NCBI GenBank assembly: GCA_036149055.1 | Contig: JAYZQJ010000137.1 | Coordinates: 32,001 to 96,000, forward strand | Direction: 5' to 3' | DNA length: 64,000 nt | Source of the DNA: Myxococcota bacterium | Lineage (GTDB): Bacteria > Myxococcota_A > Polyangia > Polyangiales > Sandaracinaceae | Shown here: positions 53,113-64,000 of the stretch, piece after piece | Numbering within the stretch: the first letter of the stretch is position 1 | How the letters are laid out: every line of letters starts with the position of its first letter | Made by a program: the position numbers and the translations under genes | The notes under the pieces: model-generated | What the model was told of the DNA's origin: nothing | What the model saw: only the letters and a program-made list of their open reading frames with translations | Database searches by the model: none

Positions 53113-54093
53113 TCAGATCCAGCGACGTCGCCGGAAGAAGAGGAACATCGTGACGGCGACGAAGATCATCAGGCCCATCGCGAGCTCGAAGCCGTGCTCG
53201 AAGTGCAGGTAGGGCATGTGATCGAAGTTCATCCCGTAGAGGCCGGTGATGAACGTCAGCGGCAGCATCACGGTCGAAAAAACCGTCAGCACCCGCATCA
53301 CCTCGTTGAGCCGGTGGGACTGCACGCTCAGGTACGCGTCCATCGAGCTGACCATCAGCGCGTTGTAGGCGTCGTTCAGGTCCATCACCCGGACCATGTG
53401 ATCGTGCACGTCGCTGAAGAACGGGCGCGCCTCCTCCGGGATCATCGGGAAGGGCTCCCGGGCGAGCCGGGAGAGGAGGTTCCGTTGGTGCAGGCCCACG
53501 CGCCGGAGCCGCTGGAGCGAGTGCTTCATGCGGAAGATGCGCTCGAGGAGCTTCGGCCCGCCCTGGTCGAGGATCGCCGCCTCGATGCCGTCGACCTCGG
53601 CGTCGAGCTTCTCCATCAGCGGCAGGTACTCGTCGACGAGGATGTCGATGATCGCGTGGGCGACGGTCGCCGGGCCGCGCGCGAGGAAGCTCGGCTCGCG
53701 CTTCACCCGCTCGCGGGTCCTCGACACCGCGTCGAAGGGCACCCGGTAGTGGGTGATGAGGTAGCGCTCGCCGAGGAAGAGATCGAGGTCCGAGGTGTGC
53801 ACCTCGCCGTCGCCGGGGTCGTCGTCGCTGAGCCCGTGCACGATGAGGTAGAGGTAGTCGTCGAAGCACTCCAGCTTCGGGGTGGTCGCGTCGGCGAAGG
53901 CGTCCTCCACCAGCAGCGGGTGGAACGAGAAGACGTCCTCCAGGATCCGCTTGGTCTGCCCGTCCTGGCTGTCGAGGTCGACCCAGACCGTGACCGTCTC
54001 GTCGGCGAGCAGCTCCGGCAGCTCGGAGACCGACGCCTCGAGGCGCACGTGCTCGCCCTCTCCCGACCGCACCGCGTAGATCCGCGCCGCCAC
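53113..54093 (-). CDS. corA: Magnesium/cobalt transporter
   Basis: VWVDL, FHPLLVED, PLTFITGLYGMNF, two C-terminal TM. Confidence 0.95.
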   Translation of the reverse strand: MAARIYAVRSGEGEHVRLEASVSELPELLADETVTVWVDLDSQDGQTKRILEDVFSFHPLLVEDAFADATTPKLECFDDYLYLIVHGLSDDDPGDGEVHTSDLDLFLGERYLITHYRVPFDAVSRTRERVKREPSFLARGPATVAHAIIDILVDEYLPLMEKLDAEVDGIEAAILDQGGPKLLERIFRMKHSLQRLRRVGLHQRNLLSRLAREPFPMIPEEARPFFSDVHDHMVRVMDLNDAYNALMVSSMDAYLSVQSHRLNEVMRVLTVFSTVMLPLTFITGLYGMNFDHMPYLHFEHGFELAMGLMIFVAVTMFLFFRRRRWI

Positions 54094-54210
54094 GGACGGA
54101 GGGTACGAAGCGGCGGGAAACGGGGGCCAGTTTGCGTCAGATCGAACCCGGCCCTGGCGCGTCTCAGCTGGCTCGCGGCGTGGTAGATCTCGCGCCGGGG
54201 AGGGACGAGC

Positions 54211-55731
54211 ATGCTCAGGAGACTCACGGCCGGGCTGGCCGGGCTCACGGTGGTCCTCGGCGCCGCGCAGGCGAGCGCGTTCTGCGGCTTCTACGTCAGC
54301 GGCGCCGGGACCGATCTCTACAACAACGCCACCATGGTGGTGATGATGCGCGACGGCACCCGCACGGTGCTCTCGATGCAGAACAACTACGACGGGCCGC
54401 CCGAGGACTTCGCGATGGTGGTGCCGGTGCCGGTGGTGCTGAGCGAAGAGGAGGTCAAGACGCTCCCGGACTCCATCTTCAGCCGGGTCGACCAGCTCGC
54501 GGCGCCGCGCCTGGTCGAGTACTGGGAGCAGGACCCCTGTCAGCCCCAGGTCTACCCCGCGCCGATGGCGACCGGCGGAGCGGTGGACATGATGATGGCG
54601 GAGTCGGCCACCGAGGGCGGCGACCTCGGGGTGACCGTCGAGGCCCAGTTCGTCGTCGGCGAGTACGAGATCGTCATCCTGAGCGCCGACGACTCGTCCG
54701 GCCTCGACACCTGGCTGCGCCGCGAGGGCTACCGCATCCCGGACGGAGCCGAGCCGGTGCTCCGGCCCTACGTCGCGCAGGGCACCAAGTTCTTCGTCGC
54801 GCGGGTGGACGTCGAGCGCGTCACCCGGGTGGACGGGCGCGCGGTGCTCTCGCCGCTGCGCTTCCACTACGACAGCGAGACGTTCTCGCTCCCGGTGCGG
54901 CTCGGCCTGCTCAACAGCCGCGGCCAGCAGGACCTCATCGTGCACGTGCTCGCGCGCGGGCAGCGCTACGAGGTCGCCAACTACGACAACGTGATGATCC
55001 CGACGAACCTCGTGGTGAGCCACGGGGTGCGGAACGAGTTCGGCCCGTTCTACGCGTCGCTCCTCGACCGCACGCTGGCCCGGCACCCGGGCGCGGTGGT
55101 CACCGAGTACGCCTGGGACGCGTCGAGCTGCGATCCGTGCCCGACCCCGGCGCTGACGCCCGAGGAGATCACCACGCTCGGCGCCGACGTGGTGGGCGCC
55201 GATCCCTACGGCTTCACGCTCACCCGGCTGCACTACCGCTACGGGCGAGACGATCTCGGCGAGGACCTGGTCTTCCGCGCGGCGCCGCCCATCGTCGGGG
55301 GACGGGGCATGCCCGACCAGGAGGGGCGGATGACCGAGCAGGGCGCGCAGCCGAGCGGCAGCAACGCCTTCCAGGGGCGCTACGTGATGCTCAACCGCTG
55401 GCAGGGCGAGGTCGCGTGCGACGAGCCGCGGCGCGGGATCTGGGGCGGGCCGCCCTCCGGCGGGGAGCCGCCGCCGATCGCCGCCACCAACACCGCGTTC
55501 GTGGACCGCAGCGCCACCCTCGGCTCCTACCTCACGGAGGACCTGCCGGAGCTCGGCGTGGAGGCGGGCGCCAGCGACTCGGACGACGGCTCGGGCGGCC
55601 GCACCAGCGCAGGCCCCACGCAGGGCGGCGGCTGCGCGAGCTGCAGCGTCGGGTCGGGGCCGCTCTCGTTCGGCGGCGCGGCGCTGATGGCGCTGCTCGG
55701 CCTCGCGCTCTACGCGCGGCGTCGGCGGTAG
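54211..55731 (+). CDS. DUF2330-family secreted protein with a MYXO-CTERM-like tail
   Basis: AFCGFYV, LSMQNNY, VTEYAW, LTRLHYRY; GGGCASCSVG + TM + RRRR. Confidence 0.85.
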   Translation: MLRRLTAGLAGLTVVLGAAQASAFCGFYVSGAGTDLYNNATMVVMMRDGTRTVLSMQNNYDGPPEDFAMVVPVPVVLSEEEVKTLPDSIFSRVDQLAAPRLVEYWEQDPCQPQVYPAPMATGGAVDMMMAESATEGGDLGVTVEAQFVVGEYEIVILSADDSSGLDTWLRREGYRIPDGAEPVLRPYVAQGTKFFVARVDVERVTRVDGRAVLSPLRFHYDSETFSLPVRLGLLNSRGQQDLIVHVLARGQRYEVANYDNVMIPTNLVVSHGVRNEFGPFYASLLDRTLARHPGAVVTEYAWDASSCDPCPTPALTPEEITTLGADVVGADPYGFTLTRLHYRYGRDDLGEDLVFRAAPPIVGGRGMPDQEGRMTEQGAQPSGSNAFQGRYVMLNRWQGEVACDEPRRGIWGGPPSGGEPPPIAATNTAFVDRSATLGSYLTEDLPELGVEAGASDSDDGSGGRTSAGPTQGGGCASCSVGSGPLSFGGAALMALLGLALYARRRR

Positions 55732-56198
55732 GTCACGACGCGAAAAGGGTGGGCGTGGCGCGCGTCGGCCTCGTGGCGCGTCTCGTCCACCGCCTCCCAC
55801 CCGCTCCAGTCGACGTCGGGGAAGAACGTGTCGCCCTCGACGTCGGCCTCGACGTGGGTGACGTGCAGGGTGTCGACGAGGGGGAGCGCCTCTTCGTAGA
55901 GCGACGCGCCGCCGATGATCACCTTCTCGTCGCCCTCGGCGGCGAGCGCCTCCCGGAGCGAGGAGACCACGAGCGCGCCCTCGGCGGCGTAGCCGCGCTG
56001 CCGGGTCACGACGACGTTGAGCCGCTTCTTCAGCGGGCCGCTCGGCAGCGACTCCCAGGTCTTCCGACCCATGATCACCGTCTTGCCGAGGGTGGCCCGG
56101 CGGAAGTGCTTCAGGTCGTCGGGAAGGCGCCAGGGCAGGTCGCCGTCCCTCCCGATGACGCCGCTCTCGGCGACGGCGACCACGAGGCTCAGCGTCAT
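55710..56198 (-). CDS. folA: Dihydrofolate reductase
   Basis: [42 protein letters not shown]. Confidence 0.96.
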   Translation of the reverse strand: MTLSLVVAVAESGVIGRDGDLPWRLPDDLKHFRRATLGKTVIMGRKTWESLPSGPLKKRLNVVVTRQRGYAAEGALVVSSLREALAAEGDEKVIIGGASLYEEALPLVDTLHVTHVEADVEGDTFFPDVDWSGWEAVDETRHEADARHAHPFRVVTYRRRRA

Positions 56199-56989
56199 AC
56201 CGCGACCGGGGCCTTGATGCGCGGGTGCGGGTCGTAGCCCTCGAGCGTGAAGTGCGCGTAGTCGAAGTCGAAGAGGTCCGACACGCCCGGGTCGAGCCGC
56301 AGGGTCGGCAGCGGCCGCGGCTCGCGCGAGAGCTGGAGGTCCACCTGCTCGAGGTGGTTGAGGTAGATGTGCGCGTCGCCGAAGGTGTGCACGAAGTCGC
56401 CTGGCTCGAGCCCCGTCACCTGCGCGATCATCATCGTCAGCAGCGCGTAGCTCGCGATGTTGAAGGGCACGCCCAGGAAGAGGTCGGCGCTCCGCTGGTA
56501 GAGCTGGCACGAGAGCTTGCCGTCCGCGACGTAGAACTGGAAGAGCGCGTGGCAGGGCGCCAGCGCCATCTCGTCGAGCTGGGCCACGTTCCACGCGCTG
56601 ACCAGGATGCGGCGCGAGTCCGGCGTCTCGCGGAGCTGCTGCAGCACCCGGGTGATCTGGTCGATGTGCCGACCGTCCGGCGTGGGCCAGGAGCGCCACT
56701 GCACGCCGTAGACCGGGCCGAGGTCGCCGTGCTCGTCGGCCCACTCGTCCCAGATCGACACCTTCCGGTCCTGGAGCCAGCGCACGTTGGAGTCGCCGCG
56801 GAGGAACCACAGCAGCTCGTAGATGATCGACTTCAGGTGGACCTTCTTGGTGGTCACGAGGGGGAAGCCCTCGGCCAGGTCGAAGCGGATCTGGCGGCCG
56901 AAGACGCTGAGCGTGCCGGTGCCGGTGCGATCCTCTTTCCGCGCGCCGTTCCGTCGCACGTCGCGGAGGAGCTCGAGGTAGGCGTCCAT
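56195..56989 (-). CDS. thyA: Thymidylate synthase
   Basis: [40 protein letters not shown]. Confidence 0.98.
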   Translation of the reverse strand: MDAYLELLRDVRRNGARKEDRTGTGTLSVFGRQIRFDLAEGFPLVTTKKVHLKSIIYELLWFLRGDSNVRWLQDRKVSIWDEWADEHGDLGPVYGVQWRSWPTPDGRHIDQITRVLQQLRETPDSRRILVSAWNVAQLDEMALAPCHALFQFYVADGKLSCQLYQRSADLFLGVPFNIASYALLTMMIAQVTGLEPGDFVHTFGDAHIYLNHLEQVDLQLSREPRPLPTLRLDPGVSDLFDFDYAHFTLEGYDPHPRIKAPVAV

Positions 56990-57012
56990 GACGCGCGGAG
57001 TCTGCGTCGACG

Positions 57013-59196
57013 TCACTCGGCCATCAAGGCCGCGATCTTCTCGTCCAGCTCCGAGAGCCGGAAGGGCTTGGTGAGGTGGTGGCCGCCGAGCTCGTCGAGG
57101 AAGGCGCGCGCCTTCGGGGTGAAGGTGCCGCCGGTCATGAAGAGCATGCGGGGCGCGAGCGACGGGTGGTGCGCGCTCACCCAGCGGTGCACGTCGATGC
57201 CGGTTCCGTCGAGCATCATCATGTCGCAGAGGATCACGTCGAAGGCGGCGTCGTCGCGGAGGCGGGCCACCGCGCTCTCGAGCCCGTCGGCGGTCTCCAC
57301 CTCGTAGCGGGCCGCGATGAGTCGGCCGAGGACCTCCACGATCATCGGCTCGTCGTCGATGAGCAGCAGGCGGCGTCGCTGGGTGGGCGGCGTCACGCTC
57401 GGCTCCTCGACCGCCGCCTCCGCGCTCGGCGCGGCGCTGCGCGCGCGAGGGAGACTCACGGTGAAGCGGGAGCCGCGGCCGAGCTGCGAGTCGACGGCGA
57501 TGCGCCCCCCGTGCGCGGTCACCACGCTGTGGCAGATCGAGAGGCCGAGCCCCGCGCCCGCGCCGTGCTGCCGGGTGCTGAAGAAGGGATCGAAGAGCCG
57601 CTCGAGGTGCTCGGGCGGCACGCCGCTGCCCGTGTCCCCGACCTCGGCGCGGATCTCGTCGCCCTCCATCCAGGTGCGCACGGTGATCGTGTGCTCGTCG
57701 GGGTGCCCCTCCTCGATCGCCCGCGCCGCGTTCAGCAGCAGGTTGAGGAAGACCTGGCTCAGGCGCCCCTCGTGGCCGATGACCGGGGAGAGGTCGCCGA
57801 GATCCGTCGCCAGGCGCGCCCGGTACTTGATCTCGTGGTGGGCCATCTTGATCGCGATACGGACCGCTTCGTTGACGTCCACGTGACTCCGCTGATCCTC
57901 GCTGACGCGGGAGAAGGTCATCAGGTCTCGCACGATGCGCTGCACGCGCTCGGCCCCCTCGAGGGCGTCCACGCCGTGCCTCCGGATCGCCTCGACGTCG
58001 CCGGGGCTCTGTAGGCCCGCGCTCGCCAGGGCGGCCTCCACCTCGTCCTCGGACAGGCGCTGCCCGAGCGCCTCCCGCAGCCGGATGATCTTCGCGTCGA
58101 GGGCGCGCGCGTGCCGCTCGTAGGCCTGCAGGTTGAGCAGCACGTAGGCGAGCGGGTTGTTGATCTCGTGGGCCATGCCCGCCGCGAGGGTGCCGACGCT
58201 CGCGAGGCGACCGGCCTGCGCGAGCTGCGCCTCGAGCTTTCGCCGCCGCTGCCGATCCAGGATCGCGGTGACGAGGTCCGCGGTGGCCTCCAGCAGCGGC
58301 CCGAGCTCGGCGAGCGCCTGCGGCGCGTAGGGGGTGGGCGCGTCCGCGAGCCCGACGACGCCGACCACCCGGTCTCCGACCCGGAGCGGGAGCACGACCG
58401 CGCGCGTCAGCTCTCGCCGCCCCCAGGCGCCGCCCACGACCCCGGGGCGCTCGAGGTTGAGCAGCTCGCCGGCTCCGAGGACCCGCCGGCAGAGCGCGTC
58501 CATCGGGTGGGGCTCCAGCGTCTTGCCGCGCGACGCGCCGTCGTCGATGCGCGCGTGCAGCGCCAGCTCGGTCATGGCCTCGTCGATGGGGCGAGCCACG
58601 AAGCCGTAGCGGCTCCCGGTCAGCTCGAGCAGCGACTCCAGCGGCGCGTGGAAGACGGCGACCACCGCGCCCGCGTCGTCGCGCGAGTGCACCATGCGCA
58701 CGGTGTCGAGGAGCTGCGCGTGGGCGCGCGTGCGCACCTCGGCCCGCTTGCGATCGGTGATGTCGACGAAGGTGACCACCGCGCCCCGCGCGCCCGGGCC
58801 GGACTCGGGGAAGGGCAGGGCGGTGAAGATGGCCCAGCGCAGCTCTCCGTCCGGCTGCCGCACGCCCAGGGTGGTCGGCCCCTGCACGGCGCCGGTCGCG
58901 AGGCAGCGCGTGACCGGGTAGTCCTCGACCGCGCACGGCGAGCCGTCCTCGTAGAAGGTCTGCCCCTCGAAGTCGGTGATGAAGCGCTGCGAGAGCCGGT
59001 CCCACGAGAGGCCGAGGAACTCCTGGGCCTGCCGGTTCGCCCGCGAGATGGCGCCGTCCTCCGCGATCTGCACGATGCCGCCGGGGACCACGTCGAGGAT
59101 GCGCGCCAGCAGCCGCGCCTCGGTCGTGTCCGGGTTCATGCGCGGCAGTCCCCCTTCCGGTGTCGTCATCGGCGGGCGGTGAGGCAACTTCGTCAC
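57013..59196 (-). CDS. PAS-GAF hybrid sensor histidine kinase with C-terminal REC
   Basis: [45 protein letters not shown]. Confidence 0.92.
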   Translation of the reverse strand: MTKLPHRPPMTTPEGGLPRMNPDTTEARLLARILDVVPGGIVQIAEDGAISRANRQAQEFLGLSWDRLSQRFITDFEGQTFYEDGSPCAVEDYPVTRCLATGAVQGPTTLGVRQPDGELRWAIFTALPFPESGPGARGAVVTFVDITDRKRAEVRTRAHAQLLDTVRMVHSRDDAGAVVAVFHAPLESLLELTGSRYGFVARPIDEAMTELALHARIDDGASRGKTLEPHPMDALCRRVLGAGELLNLERPGVVGGAWGRRELTRAVVLPLRVGDRVVGVVGLADAPTPYAPQALAELGPLLEATADLVTAILDRQRRRKLEAQLAQAGRLASVGTLAAGMAHEINNPLAYVLLNLQAYERHARALDAKIIRLREALGQRLSEDEVEAALASAGLQSPGDVEAIRRHGVDALEGAERVQRIVRDLMTFSRVSEDQRSHVDVNEAVRIAIKMAHHEIKYRARLATDLGDLSPVIGHEGRLSQVFLNLLLNAARAIEEGHPDEHTITVRTWMEGDEIRAEVGDTGSGVPPEHLERLFDPFFSTRQHGAGAGLGLSICHSVVTAHGGRIAVDSQLGRGSRFTVSLPRARSAAPSAEAAVEEPSVTPPTQRRRLLLIDDEPMIVEVLGRLIAARYEVETADGLESAVARLRDDAAFDVILCDMMMLDGTGIDVHRWVSAHHPSLAPRMLFMTGGTFTPKARAFLDELGGHHLTKPFRLSELDEKIAALMAE

Positions 59197-59200
59197 GGAT

Positions 59201-60496
59201 TCAGCTTACTCCACTCTCGTCGGGGGTGGCGGTGACCCGGTCGAGGCGCGCGACGACCGCGGCGGCGGTGGAGTCGGACCATACGTTCACACTGGTCCTC
59301 GCCATGTCCAGCACCCGGTCGACGGCCAGGATCAACCCGACCGCGGTCGCGGGCAGCCCCACCGCCTCGAGCACCACCACCATCATCACGGTGCCGGCGT
59401 GCGGGATGCCGGCCGCGCCGACGCTCGCCAGCAGCGCGGTGAACGCCACGATCACCTGCTGGGCCAGCGTGAGGTCGGCGCCGAACGCCTGCGCGATGAA
59501 GAGCACCGCCACCGCCTCGTAGAGCGCGGTCCCGTCCATGTTCACGGTCGCGCCGAGCGGGAGCACGAAGGAGCTGACCCGGTTGGAGACGCCGGCGCGC
59601 TCCTCGATGGAGGTGAGGGTCAGCGGCAGGGTCGCGTTGCTGCTCGCCGTGCTGAAGGCGGTGAGCAGCGCCGGCCACATCGCCCGTGCGAACGCGAGCG
59701 GCGAGCGGCGAGCCAGCAGCGACAGCAGGATCGGCAGCGTGACCAGCGCGTGCACCGCGAGCGCGAGGACCACGGTGATCATGTACTTGCCGAGCGCGAT
59801 GAACGCGCCGAGGCCCGAGCCGGCCGCGGCGTAGAGCATGAAGCCGAACACGCCGATCGGCGCCAGCTCGATGACGAACATCGTCATCTTCATCATCACC
59901 GCGAAGATGTCCTCGAAGAGGGTCTTGAGGCGCGCGCCCGGCTCGCCGCCGGTGAAGGTGATGAAGAGCCCGAAGAGCAGCGAGAAGAAGATGATCGGCA
60001 GCATGTCCCCCTCGGCGGTCGCGGCGACGGGGTTGGTCGGGATCATCTCGGTGAGCTGGGTCCAGAGGATCTGACCGAGCGTGCGGTTGCCCTCGACGAC
60101 GTCCGGCACCGCCTGCCCCTGGCTCTCGGCCTCGAGCGCCTCGAGGGCCACGCCGCGCCCGGGCTCGACGAGGTTGGTCATCACGATGCCGACGACGATC
60201 GCCAGGAGACTGGTCAGCCCGTAGTAGGCGAAGGTCCAGCCGCCGAGCCGCCCGAGGTCGCGCGGATCGCCGAGGCCGGTGACGCCGGTGACCAGGCTCG
60301 CGACGATGAGCGGCACGACGATCATCTGGAGCAGGCGGAGGAAGAGCCGGCCGACCGCCTCGCCCACCCGCGCCACCTCGCGCACGAGCTCGACGTCGAC
60401 GCCGCCCTGCTCGGCCACGAGGTTCAGCGGCAGCCCGATCGCGGCGCCGAGGACCATGCCGATCAGGATCCGGTGGTGGAGCTGCAGCTTGCGCAC
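59201..60496 (-). CDS. Dicarboxylate/amino acid:cation symporter (DAACS)
   Basis: FSTASSNATLP, PLGATVNMDGT, SVGAAGIP, DRVLDMARTSVNV. Confidence 0.95.
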   Translation of the reverse strand: MRKLQLHHRILIGMVLGAAIGLPLNLVAEQGGVDVELVREVARVGEAVGRLFLRLLQMIVVPLIVASLVTGVTGLGDPRDLGRLGGWTFAYYGLTSLLAIVVGIVMTNLVEPGRGVALEALEAESQGQAVPDVVEGNRTLGQILWTQLTEMIPTNPVAATAEGDMLPIIFFSLLFGLFITFTGGEPGARLKTLFEDIFAVMMKMTMFVIELAPIGVFGFMLYAAAGSGLGAFIALGKYMITVVLALAVHALVTLPILLSLLARRSPLAFARAMWPALLTAFSTASSNATLPLTLTSIEERAGVSNRVSSFVLPLGATVNMDGTALYEAVAVLFIAQAFGADLTLAQQVIVAFTALLASVGAAGIPHAGTVMMVVVLEAVGLPATAVGLILAVDRVLDMARTSVNVWSDSTAAAVVARLDRVTATPDESGVS

Positions 60497-60507
60497 GCGC
60501 TCTCGTA

Positions 60508-61956
60508 TCAGGCGGCCCGACGGCGTGTCGAGTGCTCCTCGCGGACGCGGCGCCACCACCGCGCCAGCTCTCCCGGCTCGGGGAGCGAGGCGCGGGTCAG
60601 CTCGAGCGTGAGGCCGCCGCCGTCGAGGCGGACGTCGACCAGGCTTCCGTCGAGCGCCTCGGCGAGCCCGGTCGCCCAGCCCTCCAGCTCGGCCGCGGCC
60701 CGACGCGCCGACGGACGGAGCCACCGACCGAGCGCGCCGACGGCCCGGGCGAGCAGGCCCGCCGAGCTGCCGGAGGCTCGGTCGAGGACGCGCAGCCGGA
60801 GCGCTCCGTCCACGGGCTCGAGCCGGAGCTCTCGACGCTCCCCCGTCGACGTGGCGAGCGAGAGGGCGACGCCGTCGCGGGTCAGGGCCGTCCGCGAGGC
60901 GTCGCGGTAGCCGGCGGTCTCGCGCTCCGCCACCGCCGCGAGCAGCGCCCGGATCCGCTGCCTCGCCGCGCGATCCGACGCGTCGGCGGGCGACATCGGG
61001 AGCGCGCGTCGCTGGACCGCGTGGCCCTCGCGGTCGCAGCGCAGCAGGGTGACCGCGCCCTCCTCCGCGCCGAAGCAGTAGAGGTGCTTCGCGCGATGGA
61101 CGACGGCCACCGGGGGCGGGATCGTGGGCAGCGCGAAGGGCGCCTCGCGCTCGAGTCGCCCGTGCAGCTCACCGCTCGCCGCCGCCACGACCGCCCACCG
61201 ATCCTCCACCCAGACCGGGTGACCCCCCTCGAGCGCCGGCGTCCCGGCGGGGAAGAACGGGTAGGGCCGCTCCACCAGCCGCCCGTCGGGCCCGAGCACG
61301 GCGAAGCGCGTCCCGGCGCCCCGCTCCGAGAGCACGACCGCCGCCCGCCCCCCGCCGGCCGCGAGCCGGAGATCGCCGATCGGTCCGCTCAGCGCGTGCC
61401 GCACCGTGGTGAACGCGCCGCGGCGGCGGACCACCACGCTCCAGGCCTCGTCGCCTTCGAACGCGAAGACCGCGAGCGGCTCCCCGCGCACCATCGCGCT
61501 GGCGAGGAGCGCGCCGCCCCGGCGCTCCTGCGCGTGGCGCTCGAGGGGGCCGTCGAGGGTCACGTCGCCGCCCCTCAGCCCGAGGCGGCGCGAGACGACG
61601 CCCTCGCCGTCGGCGGCGAAGAGGGTGAGGCTGCGCTCGTCGCCGGCCAGCGTCACCCGGGTCGCCCCCGGCGCCACGCGCACCGCCGGGCCGTGCGCGC
61701 CCTCCTCCCAGTCCAGCGCCGCGGCCCAGGCGCCGCCGTCGTCGCCCTGCGCCTCGCACCAGGCGACGATCAATCGGTCGCGGCGGGCGGCGAGCGCGGG
61801 GGGACGCGCGGCGGTGAGCCCGGCGGCGCCGACGTGTCGACAGAACACCGGCGTCTCGCGGCGCCAGCTCTCGAGGTGCGCGACCACCGGACCGAGGGCG
61901 TCGAACGAGCCCAGGGTGAGGCCGCGCGCGCCGAGCACGACCGCCGGAGGGATCAC
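60508..61956 (-). CDS. Hypothetical protein (482 aa), beta-rich
   Basis: GTG overlaps the pgi stop; fills the gap between pgi and the symporter. Confidence 0.65.
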   Translation of the reverse strand: MIPPAVVLGARGLTLGSFDALGPVVAHLESWRRETPVFCRHVGAAGLTAARPPALAARRDRLIVAWCEAQGDDGGAWAAALDWEEGAHGPAVRVAPGATRVTLAGDERSLTLFAADGEGVVSRRLGLRGGDVTLDGPLERHAQERRGGALLASAMVRGEPLAVFAFEGDEAWSVVVRRRGAFTTVRHALSGPIGDLRLAAGGGRAAVVLSERGAGTRFAVLGPDGRLVERPYPFFPAGTPALEGGHPVWVEDRWAVVAAASGELHGRLEREAPFALPTIPPPVAVVHRAKHLYCFGAEEGAVTLLRCDREGHAVQRRALPMSPADASDRAARQRIRALLAAVAERETAGYRDASRTALTRDGVALSLATSTGERRELRLEPVDGALRLRVLDRASGSSAGLLARAVGALGRWLRPSARRAAAELEGWATGLAEALDGSLVDVRLDGGGLTLELTRASLPEPGELARWWRRVREEHSTRRRAA

Positions 61957-63608
61957 TCGCTGCGCGGGCCGGCCTGGATCAGCCGGATGAGCGCGGTGGT
62001 CGAGGTGTCGTGACCGCTCGGCTCCTCGGCGCCCGAGAGCTCCGGCAGGATGCGCTTCGCGAGCACCTTGCCGAGCTCCACGCCCCACTGATCGAAGCTG
62101 TTGAGGCCCCAGATCACGCCCTGCACGAACACGCGGTGCTCGTAGTACGCGAGCAGCGAGCCGAGCGTCTTCGGGTCGAGCCGATCGAAGAGGATCGTGG
62201 TGCTCGGCCGGTTGCCCTCGAAGACCTTGTGCGGCAGCAGCCGCTCGACCTCCTCCGCGTCGAGCCCGCTCGCCTCGAGCTCGGCCCGCGCCTCCTCCTC
62301 GGTGCGCCCGATCATCAGGGCCTCCGCCTGCGCGACGAGGTTCGCGAGCAGCTTCCGGTGGTGATCGCCGGTCGGGTAGTGGCTGACCAGCGGCGCGAGC
62401 AGGTCGCAGGGCACCAGCCGCGTCCCCTGGTGCAGCAGCTGGAAGAACGAGTGCTGGGCGTTCGTGCCCGGCTCCCCCCAGACGATCGGGCCGGTCACGT
62501 ACCCGTCGACGACGTCGCCGTCGCGCCGCGTGCGCTTGCCGTTGCTCTCCATGTCCGCCTGCTGGAGCCAGGCCGGGAGCCGGTGCAGCGACTGATCGTA
62601 CGGCAACACGGCGTGCGAAGACGCGCCGAAGAAGCTCGCGTACCACACCCCGAGCATCGCGCCGATGACCGGGAGGTTCTCCTCGAGAGGCGCCGACCGG
62701 AAGTGCGCGTCCATGCGGTGCGCCCCGAGCAACAGCTCCTCGAAGGCGTCCATGCCGATGGCGCAGGCGATCGGGAGCCCGATGGCGCTCCAGAGGGAGT
62801 AGCGCCCGCCGACCCAGTCCCAGAATTCGAAGACGTTCGCCGGGTCGATGCCGAACTCCTTCACCGCGTCGTGGTTCGTGCTCACCGCGACGAAGTGCTT
62901 GGCGACCGCCTTGTCGCTCCCGAGCTTCTCCACCAGCCAGCTCCGGGCGCTGCGGGCGTTGGTCAGGGTCTCCTCGGTGCTGAAGCTCTTGGAGGCGACG
63001 ATGAAGAGCGTGGTCGCCGGGTTCAGCCCCTTCAGCGTGCGGCCGAGGTGGGCCCCGTCCACGTTCGAGACGAAGTGCGGCGTCAGGCCCTCCTTCCAGT
63101 AGGGCTCGAGCGCCTCGCACACCATCAGCGGGCCGAGGTCGCTGCCGCCGATGCCGAGGTTGACCACGTCGGTGATCGCCTCGCCGGTGTGCCCGGTGTG
63201 CTCGCCCGCGCGGACGCGGTCGGTGAACTTGCGCATCTTCGCGAGGACCGCGCTCACCACCGGCACCACGTTCTTGCCGTCCACCCGGATGGGGCGGTTG
63301 TCCCGGTTGCGCAGCGCGACGTGGAGGACCGCGCGGCCCTCGGTCACGTTGATCTTCTCCCCGGTGAACATGCGCTCGATCCAGGCCGGCAGGTCGCGCT
63401 GACGGGCGAGCGCCATGAGCGCCTCCATCGTCTCGTCGGTCACCCGGTGCTTGGAGAAGTCGAAGAGCAGGTCGTCGAGCCGGAAGCTGAGCCGACGCGC
63501 GCGCTCCGGGTCGTCGGCGAAGAGGGTGCGGAGGTGCACGTCCCGCATCGTCGCGGCGTGGGCGGTGAGGGCGCGCCAGGCTTCTTCATCGGTCGGCGAG
63601 GTCGACAT
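61953..63608 (-). CDS. pgi: Glucose-6-phosphate isomerase
   Basis: [42 protein letters not shown]. Confidence 0.98.
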   Translation of the reverse strand: MSTSPTDEEAWRALTAHAATMRDVHLRTLFADDPERARRLSFRLDDLLFDFSKHRVTDETMEALMALARQRDLPAWIERMFTGEKINVTEGRAVLHVALRNRDNRPIRVDGKNVVPVVSAVLAKMRKFTDRVRAGEHTGHTGEAITDVVNLGIGGSDLGPLMVCEALEPYWKEGLTPHFVSNVDGAHLGRTLKGLNPATTLFIVASKSFSTEETLTNARSARSWLVEKLGSDKAVAKHFVAVSTNHDAVKEFGIDPANVFEFWDWVGGRYSLWSAIGLPIACAIGMDAFEELLLGAHRMDAHFRSAPLEENLPVIGAMLGVWYASFFGASSHAVLPYDQSLHRLPAWLQQADMESNGKRTRRDGDVVDGYVTGPIVWGEPGTNAQHSFFQLLHQGTRLVPCDLLAPLVSHYPTGDHHRKLLANLVAQAEALMIGRTEEEARAELEASGLDAEEVERLLPHKVFEGNRPSTTILFDRLDPKTLGSLLAYYEHRVFVQGVIWGLNSFDQWGVELGKVLAKRILPELSGAEEPSGHDTSTTALIRLIQAGPRSE

Positions 63609-63620
63609 CGGCTCTCTCCT

Positions 63621-64000
63621 TCAGGCGGGCTGGATCAGCTCGGGCCCCTCGTTTCGCACATTGTTGACCGCGGTGGAAACCTCGAACGACGACAGCTCGC
63701 GCGCCCGGTGCCACTGGAGGATCTCGCGGACGTCGTCGGGATCGTCCCGGCCGCGGTCGAGCCACGCGGCGTAGGTGTCGGGCTGGAGCAGGATCGGCAT
63801 GCGGTCGTGCAGCTCCGCCGCCGCGCCCTCCGCCTCGCGGGTCAGGATCGTGAAGCTCGAGATCTTCTCGCCCTCGGGGTCGTTCCAGATCGCCCAGAGC
63901 CCCGCCATCGCGAACGGCCGCATGCCCTCGAGGTGGAAGTGATGCGGGATCTTCTGCTTCCCCTCCCGGCGCCACTCGTAGAACCCGTCGGCGATCACCA
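63621..64000 (-). CDS. SOS response-associated peptidase (SRAP/YedK), 3' part; 5' end lies outside the window
   Basis: ADGFYEW, FAMAGLW, HDRMPILL, VSTAVNNVRN. Confidence 0.9.
   Translation of the reverse strand, partial: VIADGFYEWRREGKQKIPHHFHLEGMRPFAMAGLWAIWNDPEGEKISSFTILTREAEGAAAELHDRMPILLQPDTYAAWLDRGRDDPDDVREILQWHRARELSSFEVSTAVNNVRNEGPELIQPA

Overview
A 64-kb, very GC-rich, gene-dense bacterial window. The gene content points to a myxobacterium, most likely Polyangiales/Sandaracinus-like (inference from a MYXO-CTERM-like tail, Cys-rich repeat lipoproteins and a kinase-fused sigma-54 activator). It holds about 55 plausible CDS. In order: the end of an imelysin/HTTM (gamma-carboxylase-like) cluster with a Fur-like box; an FAD oxidoreductase and a STAND-type regulator; a Wsp/Frz-like chemosensory operon whose receptor has a FixL-type heme-PAS and which ends in a GH5-like hydrolase; a 1.66-kaa C39-peptidase/TPR protein; mrfAB-like DNA-repair genes with a candidate LexA box; an orphan gene flanked by REP/MITE-like repeats; a 23-repeat Cys-rich lipoprotein coupled to a TraB-like OmpA protein, preceded by an unannotated 31-aa ORF with a sigma-54-type promoter; a vWA/ECF-sigma operon; a giant kinase-AAA-GAF-sigma-54 activator beside its likely target promoter; and housekeeping genes (pyrD, corA, folA, thyA, pgi, SRAP). 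No rRNA, tRNA, CRISPR array or transposase was seen. Thirteen genes have a TANNNT box 5-9 nt before the start codon, suggesting leaderless transcription. All calls come from motif reading by eye; no database search was run.
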